Assembly: GCF_001194135.2 (NCBI RefSeq)
Contig: NC_068984.1
Location: forward strand, 12,870,472 to 12,916,105
DNA: 45,634 bases
Direction of reading: 5' to 3'
Origin: Octopus bimaculoides
Lineage: Eukaryota
The notes beneath the pieces are model-generated. The model saw only the letters and a program-made list of their open reading frames with translations, made no database searches and was not told where the DNA came from. Below are positions 13,425 to 26,086 of the stretch, piece after piece. Numbering within the stretch: the stretch's first letter is position 1; the number at the start of each line of letters is the position of its first letter. The position numbers and the translations under genes are program-made.

Positions 13425-13575
13425 GGGCTTGTTCTACTTTTCGTCTGCCAAATCCACTCGCAAAGCTTTTGTCGGCCTGAGCTTATCGTAGAAAAATATT
13501 TGCCCAAGATTCTGCGCGATGGGACCGAACCAGGACCCATGTATTCGGGAAAGAAACTTTTTACCACACAGCCAC
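13161..13575 (-). mobile_element. SINE family A, near full length
   Basis: Collinear with the other copies; internal (CA)n. Confidence 0.9.
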
Positions 13576-13819
13576 AAACAAGCAATACCATATTTGTTTT
13601 ATACGCAATGATGCATTTGTGTATCATGCATAATTTTGAATTATAAAACGTATGCTAGAGATGAAATGTAAAGTGTACATAAGTAAACTCTATTTTATTC
13701 CGTTGTTTTGCTTCCACCTTATCCTATTCTCTGCAACACTCCTACACCACATGTAATTTAACTTAGCAACTTGTCCTCTTTCATCCAACGCTTTTGCCAT
13801 CATTATTTGAAGGATATTT

Positions 13820-14135
13820 AAGGTGGCGAGCTGGAAGAATCATTAGCGCGTCAGACAAAACAATTTGCACCATTTCTTCCGGTCATTTACGTTCTCTGTT
13901 GCAGCAGTCCATGATCTTACAAACTTTATAGCTCACACATAGTTTGAATATCTGTTATGATGTCGGCATTTTGATAACCGGCGCGAATCATCATGAAGTT
14001 TAAGCTGAAACTCCGCCGAGGTCGACTTTGCCTTCCATTATTTTGGGATCGATAAAATACGTACTAGTTGAGTACCGGAGTTGATGTAATCGACTTACAT
14101 TTCCACTACAGTGACTGGCCTTGTGACAAAGTTTG
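13820..14135 (+). mobile_element. SINE family B interrupted by a 106-bp maT transposase fragment (13893-13998)
   Basis: Head aaggtggcgagctggaagaatc; the core ccgccgaggtcgactttgcc resumes after the insert. Confidence 0.8.
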
Positions 14136-14987
14136 AAGGCATTAGTTGAAGGAAATTTAGCTCCTGTTACTAGCAGGTTCAGCGACCATGTTGTGGTTCT
14201 CGCGTTGGTTCAAATAACGATAAATATCTTAGTGCGCTGCTATATTCTTTCAGTGGATTGCATTAATGGCGGAGATATTTCCCAATAAATGTAACTACAT
14301 CTCAGCTCACCTCGGGTCATTCTTGTAAAAGTATGATCGACAGAACGACATTTCATTTTCTCTGCAACAAGATACCGGAACTTCAAAGTATAAAGTATAC
14401 CTACGTTCACAAAGATATATGTATATATAAATGAAGATGCTTATGCATACACACACTGCCGAGATATACGTATGCAAATATTATATAAATATATTTATAC
14501 ATTTTAGATATACCCATTAATACTCTTGATAAAAGCATTTTGACGATCAGTAACGGGAATCCATTCAAAAATTGAATATCGTTTCTCGTTTGTTTTTTTT
14601 ACGTCACATTTTGTATATTTTTGAATTCCTATAATTCAGAACTCTAAGAATTTGATTACCATTTTATTTTAAAAGAAAAGAATATAAAGTTGTATAAAAG
14701 GGTCTATATCTGTTTTGCGTTTTTAGGACTTTCACAAGATACATTTTAACGATGACAATCTTAAAAGGATATGGGAATAAAAATTGCATGTTTCGGCATA
14801 TGAAATAATATCGTTATAAAGCTTCTTTTGAATATTCAAAATAAAAATATTCTGCTTAGAATGGCATACTGATCCTTAGCGAACACCTTGTGTTTTCGAG
14901 AAAAGGTTTGTTTTCTATGTTCTTATTCATTCGCAAGGCTTTTACACGTAAGCGAATATGCAGATATACAAATGCACCCGATCCTAC

Positions 14988-15025
<38 letters not shown>

Positions 15026-15208
15026 NNNNNNNNNNNNNNNNNNNNNNNNNNNNNNNNNNNNNNNNNNNNNNNNNNNNNNNNNNNNNNNNNNNNNNNNNNN
15101 NNNNNNNNNNNNNNNNNNNNNNNNNNNNNNNNNNNNNNNNNNNNNNNNNNNNNNNNNNNNNNNNNNNNNNNNNNNNNNNNNNNNNNNNNNNNNNNNNNNN
15201 NNNNNNNN

Positions 15209-15271
<63 letters not shown>

Positions 15272-15499
15272 AAGGAGAGAGAAAGAAAGATGAACCAAAC
15301 AAAAAAGAAAAAGAAAGAGCGAGAGGTATATGTACATGTAGACAAATACACAAACACACACACATACACCCACAAGTGTATGTAATGAAAATACTACAAA
15401 TACATATTAATACACATTAGCAAACAGCAACACAATTTCTGTTACGATATTCGTCGCTATATTAATGCTGTAACACAAAGCAACGCCTCTACCACGTAT

Positions 15500-16359
15500 A
15501 CATAGATATATCTTCGAGCTAGATATGGCAGTTTGCATGAAACGAAAAGAAAACATCCAAAAATCAAAGAATTTTTAAAAATCAAAAAATATCAGCTAGG
15601 TTATGGCTGGGAGATAACAGATTACTCAAAGTAGCAGCCCTCAGCTTCCACTATGACCTCGAAGAGGCTTCGGACCCTGGCACATGCGTTCCTTATTGTG
15701 TCCCTCAGAAGATCTTCGAACACCTCCTTGACTTTGGCCAGTAGCTCGGTCTATTTATCGACCGCTCCCACGCCACAGTATACCATGGGAACTAAGAGAC
15801 CAGAAATTGGGGCTGGTGAACTCGTACAAATTCTTCGACAACCAATTCTGAGTTTTTCCAGAAGTATGATAAGGAGCCGAATCGTGCTGGCACATATATA
15901 TATCTTTCCAACAGCCACCTTTTCCAGCCAGGTATTCAGTACAGTTTCTAGCCGTCTAAATTGAGCTTAAGGTCCTGTTCAGAGATCTGTGGATGGATTG
16001 CGGCGTGCGGACGCAATTAAAATGCCTGCTGTGTCCCTTTCTGCTGGCCTCAGCTTCGTAGTCTCTGTTGCAGCAGTTCATGTCACGGCTTACGGCCTTT
16101 ATAGTTCACACATAGTATTGAGTATCTGTTATGATGTCGGCATTTTGATACCCGACGCGAATCATCATGAAGCAGAGAAATTTTTCCAATATACTGATGG
16201 CTTCGAATCTTCCACGTAAGTCAACGTTTTCTCAATTACAATTTTAGTCTTTATGCTCTCCAACACCGTTGACTATTCACCGTTGTCTTTTCTCCTGAAA
16301 AAAAAAAAAGAAAATAGAGGTATCAAACATCGTCAAATTTAGCGCGAACACCTTGTGTA
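15500..16359 (-). mobile_element. Internally deleted Tc1/mariner (maT/DD37D-like) transposon
   Basis: Minus-strand peptides: N-terminal MMIRVGYQNADII...RKGHSRHFNCVRTP, C-terminal WLEKVAVGKIYICQHDSAPYHTSGKTQNWLS; end-like sequence tacacaaggtgttcgcgctaaatttgacg at 16359. Confidence 0.8.
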
Positions 16360-17286
16360 AGATCATTTCTTGTTTTACTTTTTTTTTCAGTTGAATTTGT
16401 TTGTATTAATATATCGTCAGACGTTTGTACGGATTGCATTAAAGAATAAAGATCATGCTAAGCGATTGATTTGTTTGGTGATGAGTAACGATGTCAATGT
16501 ATTGGGAAATAAAATTTCTTGCTCCACTTAGTTACAACGCTTAACAATTTCGGTTCAAATCCTGTCGGATTGGAGTCTGATGCGATCAAGTCTCTGGATA
16601 TACTCTGAGGTTGTTATGCAAATTAGCTACAATTACTCATTGAACTGATTCCATAGTCTGCTTGATTCTTGCCTGTTTCATTTATTTTTTGTAGATTGGT
16701 AATGAACAACTGTAATTAAAATCATGTGCATGTGTCCACTTGTTTGTTTTACTTAATTTTCATTCTGAACTCTTGCTATGAAACGTTCTATTTGTGGTAG
16801 GTCATCTATTGTTTATCATGAATTTCCGGATATTTGCTAAAGCTTAAGAAAAGAGATTTTCCTGTTAGGCAAAGCTCTTATCAACATCTTCGCGAATTGC
16901 TTTCAGATTAGTATAAGGCTGCAATGGGGGGGGGGGGGTGCTATATCGTAGGAGCTGTTTTGAAAAAAACAAAAATGAATATGAATGGATAGAATTGTAG
17001 TGACTATATGGACCTACTCCATGTGGCTGCAGGCTAAGAATAACTACTCACAGAAAATACATGCCTACAGTGTAAGAGCAATCAAAGTATACATGTAGGA
17101 GAATAAGTTATGCTGTTATTTTGTGTTGATTTGTTCTGTTACAGCTACACATTATCGTCCATTTAGTGTGTCTCTTTAGTGTTATCGTTGATTTCACTAT
17201 TTTATTCGAAGAAACTCAGCCACTTTTTATTGTCCTTTGTTTTCCTATGTATTTCCCTTTCATATTTTCGGAGTCGATACAATAAT

Positions 17287-17489
17287 CCTTTCTACTATAG
17301 GCACGAGGACTGAAATTTGGATGGGGGAGGGGGCCAGTCGATTAGATTGACCCCAATACGCAACTGGTACTTAATTTATGAAAGGCAAAGTCGACCTCGG
17401 CGGAATTTGAACTCAGAACGTAACGACAGACGAAATACCGCTAAGCGTTTCGCCCGGCGAGCTAACGATTCTGCCAGCTCACCGCCTTG
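17287..17489 (-). mobile_element. SINE family B (tandem copy 1)
   Basis: Reverse complement of the 6526 copy. Confidence 0.9.
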
Positions 17490-17505
17490 GCGTCGATAAA
17501 ATAAT

Positions 17506-17714
17506 CTTTTCTACTCTAGGCACAAGGCCCGAAAGTTTTGGGGAGGGGGCTAGTCGATTAGATTGATCCCCAGTACGCAACAAGTACTTAATTTATCGAC
17601 CCCGACAGGATAAAGTCGACCTCGGCAGAATTTGAACTCAAAACGTAAAGACAGACGAAATACAGCTAAGCACTTTGCCCGGCGTGCTAACGATTCTTCC
17701 AGCTCGCCGCTTTG
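17506..17714 (-). mobile_element. SINE family B (tandem copy 2)
   Basis: Head-to-tail with copy 1, separated by a 16-bp repeat. Confidence 0.9.
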
Positions 17715-18198
17715 GCGTCGATAAAATAATGTCGTAGTGAAGTAACAGTCATTTCAACCGACAACTCACCCTACATAAAAATAGCTTATTTAATGCATTT
17801 TATTTTAAATATTTTCCCCAAGGCTTCAAGTTTAGTCTGTTCTTTTAATTTCTATATTATTAGGTGGATATGATACGAAAGTTGCACATGAGAGCATTTA
17901 AATCTATCGAGGTCAGCCTAACCATCCATATTCAATGAATTCTACCACGAGAGGCAACTGCTTGCAGCTGAATGGAACTAAAGAACAGGCTATTATACAT
18001 ATCTGTTGAAAGATATTTCGTTGCTAGATATAGCAACTTAATCAAAACACTTTAAATCATGACGTTTTAAAGGAGAAAAAATTGTAAATTTGAAAAAGCT
18101 AACCGAATTTTTGATTTTTGTTTGGTGGGGTTGGGGTTGAAATACATACAGATATGTATAATCATTGACATACGTATACAGACAGGCATACTCTCTCA

Positions 18199-18257
<59 letters not shown>

Positions 18258-19109
18258 AATATCTAGATTATGTGTTAATGTCTTAGTGCTAAGACAAAAG
18301 AGCATTCAATACAATGGTATGAGATATCCGTAAAAGCTACAGTGTATTTTTTTTATTTTTCAATAAAAAGGACCTTACGTATCTATGTATGGAGAATGTA
18401 AAGATTAAGAATTACGGCCAAAAATACATTTTACACACATACGTAGATATACATGTACATACACAACGTATGTATGTGTGAGAGATAATATGTGTGTGTA
18501 TGTGTGAGTGAGTGTGGTGTGGTATATGTTTGGGCGTGTGTGTGTTGTGTACTTGTACCTCGGTGTATCGTTCAAAGCCGATGATTCGCCCCATCATTAT
18601 AAATATCTTCATTAATTCTATCTCCCGTTTGTACGTCAAAGCGTTTATATATCCCAGAAACCAGCCCGCAAAAGTTGCTTTGTTTTAGATGGAGGTGTTG
18701 GATTCCCTATTCGAAAATATGAGGACACAAATATTGTGTCGTATAGCCAGCCAGAAACGATGTTTCTTGGGGCTAAAGAACAGTAACAATCGTCCCATCC
18801 AGGACAATCACATTATGTTGGCGAACAGTCTTTACTTCAGAAAACTGTTATTAAATATCTCTCTTTCAGAGATTTAGAAATAATAATGTTTCTATTTATT
18901 AGATCAGTGATTGAGTGTCACAATCACGCACACACACGCACACGCACGCGCGCAATCACACACACACACACACACACATATTTATATATGTATGCATATT
19001 TCAGGGAATCCATGAAAAGATCGAGGCATATCAAAGTGAAGCATGCCATATATTGGCAAAACAGAACGATGCAAAAGAGTCAATTAAGTAATGCATTACC
19101 ATAATACGA

Positions 19110-19230
19110 AATGCATCGACGGAGGGAAGTTCTCAGTTGTTAGATAAACCACAAGTCCGACATTGCATTTCGAACTTTCGGAGTCGATAACATGAATAAC
19201 ATTTGGGTACTGGGGAGTCAATGCAATCGG
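19110..19230 (+). mobile_element. Degenerate SINE family B remnant
   Basis: ctttcggagtcgataac...tactggggagtcaatgcaatcg resembles the core. Confidence 0.45.
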
Positions 19231-19445
19231 CTGAAATACTTCTGGATGTGAGTACAAACAAATGCATCCTTCTGCCAAGCCATATCGAGCAATTGATGTA
19301 GAGGAGGTTCAACAAACCAGTTTGATCACAAGCTCAAATTCACGGCCTCTGCATCAGGCCGTGGTTGGTGGAGAGAACATGCAGAAGCCTTCGTACTGCA
19401 GTAGAGTGAACATAGGCAATCCAATCCAACATGTATAAATGTGTG

Positions 19446-19492
<47 letters not shown>

Positions 19493-19557
19493 NNNNNNNN
19501 NNNNNNNNNNNNNNNNNNNNNNNNTGTGTATATATGTGTGTATATATATATATATAT

Positions 19558-19886
19558 AAACGGAGACCCCTTCGGTCACGAATGACCATGGGATTGCACC
19601 TAGAAAGTTACCCTCCCAGGCACAAGTCCGGACAAGGTTGTTTATGGAAGCCCAGCAGTTGCCCATCCACTCTCCACGCCACCGATTTATCCAAGGCAAA
19701 GGCAAAGGGGCCGATAAAGCTTAGTACCAGTGATGGCGCAACTCATTTCTACAGCTGAGTTAACTAGATCAACGTGAAATAAAGTGTCTTGCTCAAGAAC
19801 ACAGCACGAAACCCGGTTCGGGATTCGAACTCACAGCCTCACGGTCATAAGCTCGACGCTCTAACCACTGAGGCATGCGCCTTCAC
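19558..19886 (-). mobile_element. tRNA-derived SINE family C
   Basis: Minus strand has an A-box-like tgcctcagtggttagagc and B box gttcgaatcc, then a non-tRNA body (gtgttcttgagcaagacactttatttcacg...). Confidence 0.85.
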
Positions 19887-20212
19887 ATACACAAGCGCCC
19901 CCCCCCACAAACACATAAGAATTAATATATAAACTCAAATTAGGCAATCATACTCATAGCTTTATAAATCTGACTTAAAATGCGTATACATATAGTAATA
20001 CATATCAATATATATGAAAAAATATTTATAAAATATAAATATACATAAAAATACATGCAAATAGAACCTATGTGGGATACGTATGGAAGGAAGTGGGAGA
20101 AAAAGAGGACGTAAGAAAGAACAATAACATTATTTTCATTGGCTCTTAGGAGCACTTTTTATAGACTGCGAAGATGAACAAACAATTTTTGGGCATACCA
20201 ACCAGAAACATC

Positions 20213-20253
20213 CCCACAGAGACACTTTATCCCACAGAGACACTTTATCCCAC
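20213..20253. repeat. 18-bp tandem duplication
   Basis: cccacagagacactttat x2 plus cccac. Confidence 0.9.
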
Positions 20254-21062
20254 GTATCTCCTCTTGATTTGCTTAGTTCATTTTGTGTTTCTGTGGTGTG
20301 TGTCTTCATTTGCGCATGCGTTTGCATCTGTATCTATGTCTGAGTGTGTTTGATCTTTAAACTTGACTGGTAAGAGAAGGTTCTGATTTTCTTGTCCGCC
20401 TTTATTGTCTATCTATCCGGTTGGTTTATTGTCTGTTACGTTCTTGTTCCATTCTCTGGATATATATATATATATANNNNNNNNNNNNNNNNNNNNNNNN
20501 NNNNNNNNNNNNNNNNNNNNNNNNNNNNNNNNNNNNNNNNNNNNNNNNNNNNNNNNNNNNNNNNNNNNNNNNNNNNNNNNNNNNNNNNNNNNNNNNNNNN
20601 NNNNNNNNNNNNNNNNNNNNNNNNNNNNNNNNNNNNNNNNNNNNNNNNNNNNNNNNNNNNNNNNNNNNNNNNNNNNNNNNNNNNNNNNNNNNNNNNNNNN
20701 NNNNNNNNNNNNNNNNNNNNNNNNNNNNNNNNNNNNNNNNNNNNNNNNNNNNNNNNNNNNNNNNNNNNNNNNNNNNNNNNNNNNNNNNNNNNNNNNNNNN
20801 NNNNNNNNNNNNNNNNNNNNNNNNNNNNNNNNNNNNNNNNNNNNNNNNNNNNNNNNNNNNNNNNNNNNNNNNNNNNNNNNNNNNNNNNNNNNNNNNNNNN
20901 NNNNNNNNNNNNNNNNNNNNNNNNNNNNNNNNNNNNNNNNNNNNNNNNNNNNNNNNNNNNNNNNNNNNNNNNNNNNNNNNNNNNNNNNNNNNNNNNNNNN
21001 NNNNNNNNNNNNNNNNNNNNNNNNNNNNNNNNNNNNNNNNNNNNNNNNNNNNNNNNNNNNNN

Positions 21063-21094
<32 letters not shown>

Positions 21095-21103
<9 letters not shown>

Positions 21104-21270
21104 TTATACGACGGGCTTCTTTCAGTTTCGGTCTAGCAAATCCACTCACAGGGCTTTGGTCAGCCCGAGAGTATAGTGGAAGACATTTGCCCAAGATGCG
21201 ACGCAGTGGGACTGAACCCAGAACCATGTGGTTGGGAAGCAAGCTTCTTACCACACAGCCACGCCTGTGC
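21095..21270 (-). mobile_element. SINE family A, 5' half (remainder in gap)
   Basis: tatacgacgggcttctttcagttt...ttaccacacagccacgcctg. Confidence 0.9.
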
Positions 21271-21285
21271 CTATATATACATACA

Positions 21286-21493
21286 TACGAGGGGGGTGCT
21301 TTAAAATTCCTGGCTTTCGGTAAAACAAAATACAGGAGGACCAGTAGATTATGATACCATTCAATATATTCCTCACTCAGATTCACGCAATTATTGCAGC
21401 GGTCTTTTAGTAACCGAACTCGGAAGGTGGGCCTCTTACCAGGCCTTTCCCGACTCCCTTAAAGCCAGGAAACTCACAGCACCCCGTCGTGTA
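21286..21493. mobile_element. Mariner-derived MITE, about 208 bp
   Basis: Imperfect TIRs of about 30 bp: tacgaggggggtgctttaaaattcctggcttt / aaagccaggaaactcacagcaccccgtcgtgta; TA termini; no ORF. Confidence 0.75.
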
Positions 21494-21518
21494 TATATGT
21501 GTATGTATTTATGTGTGA

Positions 21519-21549
<31 letters not shown>

Positions 21550-21885
21550 TTTATATATATATATATAAATATATATGTATAAATATATATGCTTATATAC
21601 ATATGTATACATATATGTATGCATGTATGTAAGAACGTTTCACTGAACGTATATGATATCCTATTTTGTTAATATCGTGTGCCTTTTAAAGTATCATTTC
21701 AAACGCTTTACTTCCCATAGTCATCTCGGGAATAATTTGTTGTTTTTCGTTGTCGTATGCCATTTTAATGACTTCTTGATAGTGTTGTCGAAGTGACGAC
21801 TTCTGCTTGTAATGGATTCCTAGAATTATCTTTTGATGTTCAGTGATCTTAGCTCTTATCATGTCTCCTAAAATACATACATTCA

Positions 21886-21952
21886 CACATACATACATAC
21901 ATACATACATACATACATACATACATACATACATACATACATACATACATAC
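21886..21952. repeat. (CATA)n microsatellite
   Basis: Direct reading. Confidence 0.95.
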
Positions 21953-22001
21953 TTATATGCATGCATACGTACAGACAAACATAAATACATGNNNNNNNNN
22001 N

Positions 22002-22038
<37 letters not shown>

Positions 22039-22492
22039 CCCTCTCTTTTGTCTGTCTATCTACCTACTTATTTTCTATCTCTCGATCTAACAATATATAC
22101 GTGTGTACTTACACACACACACACTGACGCACACACACACGCACACACACACACACACACAGATACACACAAACACACACACAACTTTAAACACGTACCT
22201 GCCCATTTATATCTACAAACAAGCACTCAATGATATATAATTATAGAACGTTTCCAATGATCACTATCGTATTGCAAGTTTCGCTCCGAATTATTCACCG
22301 TCAGCGTTATTTTGTCAGCTCTCTAATGGTTTCCTATACACTTTAAACTGTTCTAGATTTTATCATTACTTTTTTTCTTTTCTCTGTATTATAGTAATAA
22401 TAATGTAGTATTTCTCAAATATTTTAGGGGCTTCACAGATTTCGTTATTTATTAATGCTCAGATGATTTTTCCCCCAAGAATTGCAAATATT

Positions 22493-22532
22493 GTTATTAT
22501 TATCATCATCATCATCATCATAATAATTATTA

Positions 22533-22609
<77 letters not shown>

Positions 22610-22634
22610 GTTGTTGTTGTTGTTGTTGTTATTA

Positions 22635-22685
<51 letters not shown>
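22493..22685. repeat. (TTA)n/(TTG)n/(TCA)n microsatellite
   Basis: Direct reading. Confidence 0.95.
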
Positions 22686-22689
22686 GCAT

Positions 22690-22846
22690 CTTATTTTAAT
22701 TTTGTTTCCATTTGTTATTGAGTGTCTTCCCGACACCTAGGACAACGTAACTCGCTGTATAGGTTGGTAGGCCAATAAAATAAATACACCAGATTGTTCG
22801 TTGACAAAGTCATGTGATAGTAAATAAAAGTGGGAGAAAGATAGAC

Positions 22847-22889
<43 letters not shown>

Positions 22890-23512
22890 AAAAGAAACGA
22901 GAAAAAATTTAAAACACAGGAAAGCAAATAAAAACAAAAAGCATAGAAAATAAAGGGTAAAAAGGAAAGAAAATGCTCTTCTCAGTACGTGTGGAATACC
23001 AGTTAAAACTATTTCTTGCACTTCTTGCATGGATGATAAGCCAGGGATCAAATAATTTTCAGTTCTTTTTTTTCCATTCCAAATGCTCCTACAACCATTG
23101 GTATTGTAACCGTCTTTAGATTCCACATTTTTCGATTTTAATCTGCAAATCTTTATATTTTCTGAGCTTATCAAATTCTTTTACTGAGATATTATAATAA
23201 CAAAGTATGCTCATGCCAATCAATAAACAGATTTTATTGTTTTGATCTTTCACAACAATATCTGGTTGATTAGCTTTGATGGTCCGGTTTGTATTTACTG
23301 GAAACTCCCAAAGAATAGTTACATTTCCACCCTCAAGGTGGTGCTTCTACCATTTGTTAGCAGGTTTGATTTTATAATGCCGATATATTATCCTGTGCAG
23401 ATGTTAGCCAACTCTGTTATGTCTTGATTTTTAATCTATAGGTGTTAAAACCTTACACCTAGAGATAGGTGGTCCACTGTTTCAATCTCATCGTTGCTGT
23501 ATCGGCACATTG
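22690..23512 (-). mobile_element. R4/Dong-clade RLE LINE 3' end (CCHC remnant, restriction-like endonuclease, 3' UTR)
   Basis: Minus translation MCRYSNDEIETVDHLSLGC / KVLTPID*KSRHNRVG / VTILWEFPVNTNRTIKANQPDIVVKDQNNKICLLIGMSI / KEFDKLRKYKDLQI / MWNLKTVTIPMVVGAFG, with stops and frameshifts; (GAAA)n at 22846-22890 sits in the putative UTR. Confidence 0.9.
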
Positions 23513-23831
23513 TACAGGAGAGATGACCTATGATCCCATCTAGGAGTGATGGACATCAACGTTTCGCCATTTTTGTGGCTGAACAACATCACGTACTTAA
23601 ACAGGAACGGAGAGGAATGATATCGCCAGTCCAAGACTTACATACTCAGAGAGTGCAAACCATGTTCGGATATGCTCGGGCAAAGAATACATAAGAATAT
23701 ATTCATCTATGAAATAGAAGCAACGCTAATGCAATAAACTGATTCGTGATGTCCATAAGCTTTAAAAATGGCGAAACAGCGATGTCCATCCCTCTTAGAC
23801 GGGATATTAGAGGTGAGCCGTCTCGCCTGTC
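23513..23831. mobile_element. Old MITE with TIRs of about 60-65 bp (Tc1/mariner-type CAGG ends)
   Basis: 23515-23574 is an imperfect reverse complement of 23764-23829 (aaaaatggcgaaac..gatgtccatc.ctc.taga.gggat); TA on the left side. Confidence 0.7.
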
Positions 23832-23959
23832 CATGACTTTCAGCTGTTCTAACGCTCGGTGCTTTGAGAGAGTATTTTCCACCTCACCATATCGCAGCCT
23901 ACTGGCGAATTCAAGTCGCATTTATGTTAAGTATATACGCTTAATGTATATGTATATAT

Positions 23960-24112
23960 ATCTTTACGACAGGCTGCTTTCAGCTTTCGTCTACGGAATC
24001 AACTCACTTTGATTAGTCCGAGGCAATAATGGAAAACACTTACGCAAGTAGGGCTGAACCCAGCAACCATGTGGTTGGGAAGAAAGCTTCTTACCATTCA
24101 GCCACGCTTGCG
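23960..24112 (-). mobile_element. Diverged SINE family A 5' half
   Basis: tacgacaggctgctttcagctttcgtctac...aaccatgtggttgggaagaaagcttcttacc. Confidence 0.75.
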
Positions 24113-25399
24113 CATATATCTAAATATATTTTCTTCATTTATATTTGACTACTATTAACAACAATGCTCTTTAGATGGATTACAGAACTGAATAATCGTC
24201 TCTGGTATATATTTCTTTTACCAACGCCCTGAGAAAAATGAAGTCAGTTTGAAATTATCTCATGTAACTACGTAACAGAAATCCTGAAATTCTTTTTGTT
24301 TCCTATACATATGGCACATCGTTTCTTAAAGAAACTTCCTGTATTTTACACAGCTATTTGTGTGTTGCGATGAAGTCAGGCAACTGGCAACGGTGTCAGC
24401 GTAGCAATTGTTTTATTTTTTTTTTTAATGTTTTTCAAAAATCCTCTTGATTTGGGCAGATGCACATCTCCAGTTTTCTGTTAAAACGTTTATAAAAATC
24501 GTGAATCTCAGATTACAAAATCGCAAAGTGTATTTAAAATTTGTAAATTACCGGAAGCAGGTCACTCACAGGCTCACAAAGAAACACGGGGCAGATGTGG
24601 CCTTTCAGCGCTTTAACTGCTCACTTAACACGAATGTACCTCTGTACAAATCCTCAATTCTGATAACTGTTTGGCTCCTGGTAGTTGTTGCACCAGACCA
24701 ATACACGTTTGAAGAATGAGAGGAAGTGGGATTAGTTCTGTATCATCCATGCCAATGATAATAATAAAGCTCTACTGCCTTGTGAGATAATTTATTGTGC
24801 GTTTAAAAAGATTAAGAAGGTAAATCCCTACAGAAAATCCAGGGATCTTCGGACAAATATTTACGGTTATACTTACTTAACAATTATCTGGCATCGTCTG
24901 TTTCTCCATGGATACTGCGAATATATTGACTTGTTTTCCCTTCGTGGCATAGCCTTGAGTGGGTAGGTAGCAGTTATACATGAGGCTAGGCACTTGCAGA
25001 GATGGTTAAATTACTATCTCTGCAATACCGTCGACAAAAAACAAAAATGGCCAGCCAGATTTCTGTCTAGTCGTCGATTCTTTCAAACTACAAACACTGT
25101 CATTTTACCATAATTCGTTCATACGGTTGTTATACAACTTTCAATAACTCAATCGCTGAAACTCATAGACATACAGTTTATCATGCAGTTAGTTATACAA
25201 CTTTTAGTAGCTTACTTTGTAATACATTTAGTTACAGACTTCCTCTGTTTGCTTTCATCATCTTTCTGCTGTCTTTCCTGGTGAAGGCTCCCGCCTCCAT
25301 CAGAAACTTTAAACTCTCTTTTTCCTACCAACACAGTAACACACATTTCTTTTATTTACATTTCAAATATTTATTGAATATATAATATCTCTATCAATA

Positions 25400-25447
<48 letters not shown>

Positions 25448-25543
25448 NNNNNNNNNNNNNNNNNNNNNNNNNNNNNNNNNNNNNNNNNNNNNNNNNNNNN
25501 NNNNNNNNNNNNNNNNNNNNNNNNNNNNNTATCTCTATCAATA

Positions 25544-25614
<71 letters not shown>

Positions 25615-25882
25615 AAAGCAAAAAAAAAACAAAAACGTTTAATCGTATTCAGACTTGGCGCGCTATCAATCCAGCTGCCATTTAGTCTAGTCAGTGACAT
25701 TAAAAATATCATGCTCTGACTAGCTGAAGTCATCAATAATGTAAATCACATTATTATCATTTTACTTCTCTGTCCTACACCAGTATCATTCCGGACGTAA
25801 TCCTATATATGGCTGACCAATATCATTAAACATGGAAGTCTTTTAGTGACAAATTAGTCTGGAATACAATATTTTAGACGCA

Positions 25883-25940
<58 letters not shown>
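25883..25940. repeat. (CTA)n microsatellite
   Basis: Direct reading. Confidence 0.95.
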
Positions 25941-26086
25941 GAAAAGCAGACGACAGATACTTTACAGAACTTTTCGCTGGAACCTCACCACTGACGACGT
26001 GAGAGGAAATGTAAAAATGTCACGTTTTCATTAACGGTTACTTTTTTAATGAATAATAATAATAATAATAATAATAATGATAATAA

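Noticed and set aside
17271-17730. CRISPR-like repeat-spacer appearance
   Set aside because: The 'spacers' are homologous SINE copies over 200 bp long in eukaryotic DNA, and no cas genes are present.
19800-19886. tRNA-like sequence
   Set aside because: No acceptor stem and it continues into a SINE body, so it is a SINE head rather than a tRNA gene.
25386-25590. Identical tatctctatcaatatgc(at)n on both sides of a gap
   Set aside because: Most likely unmerged overlapping contig ends, an assembly artefact.
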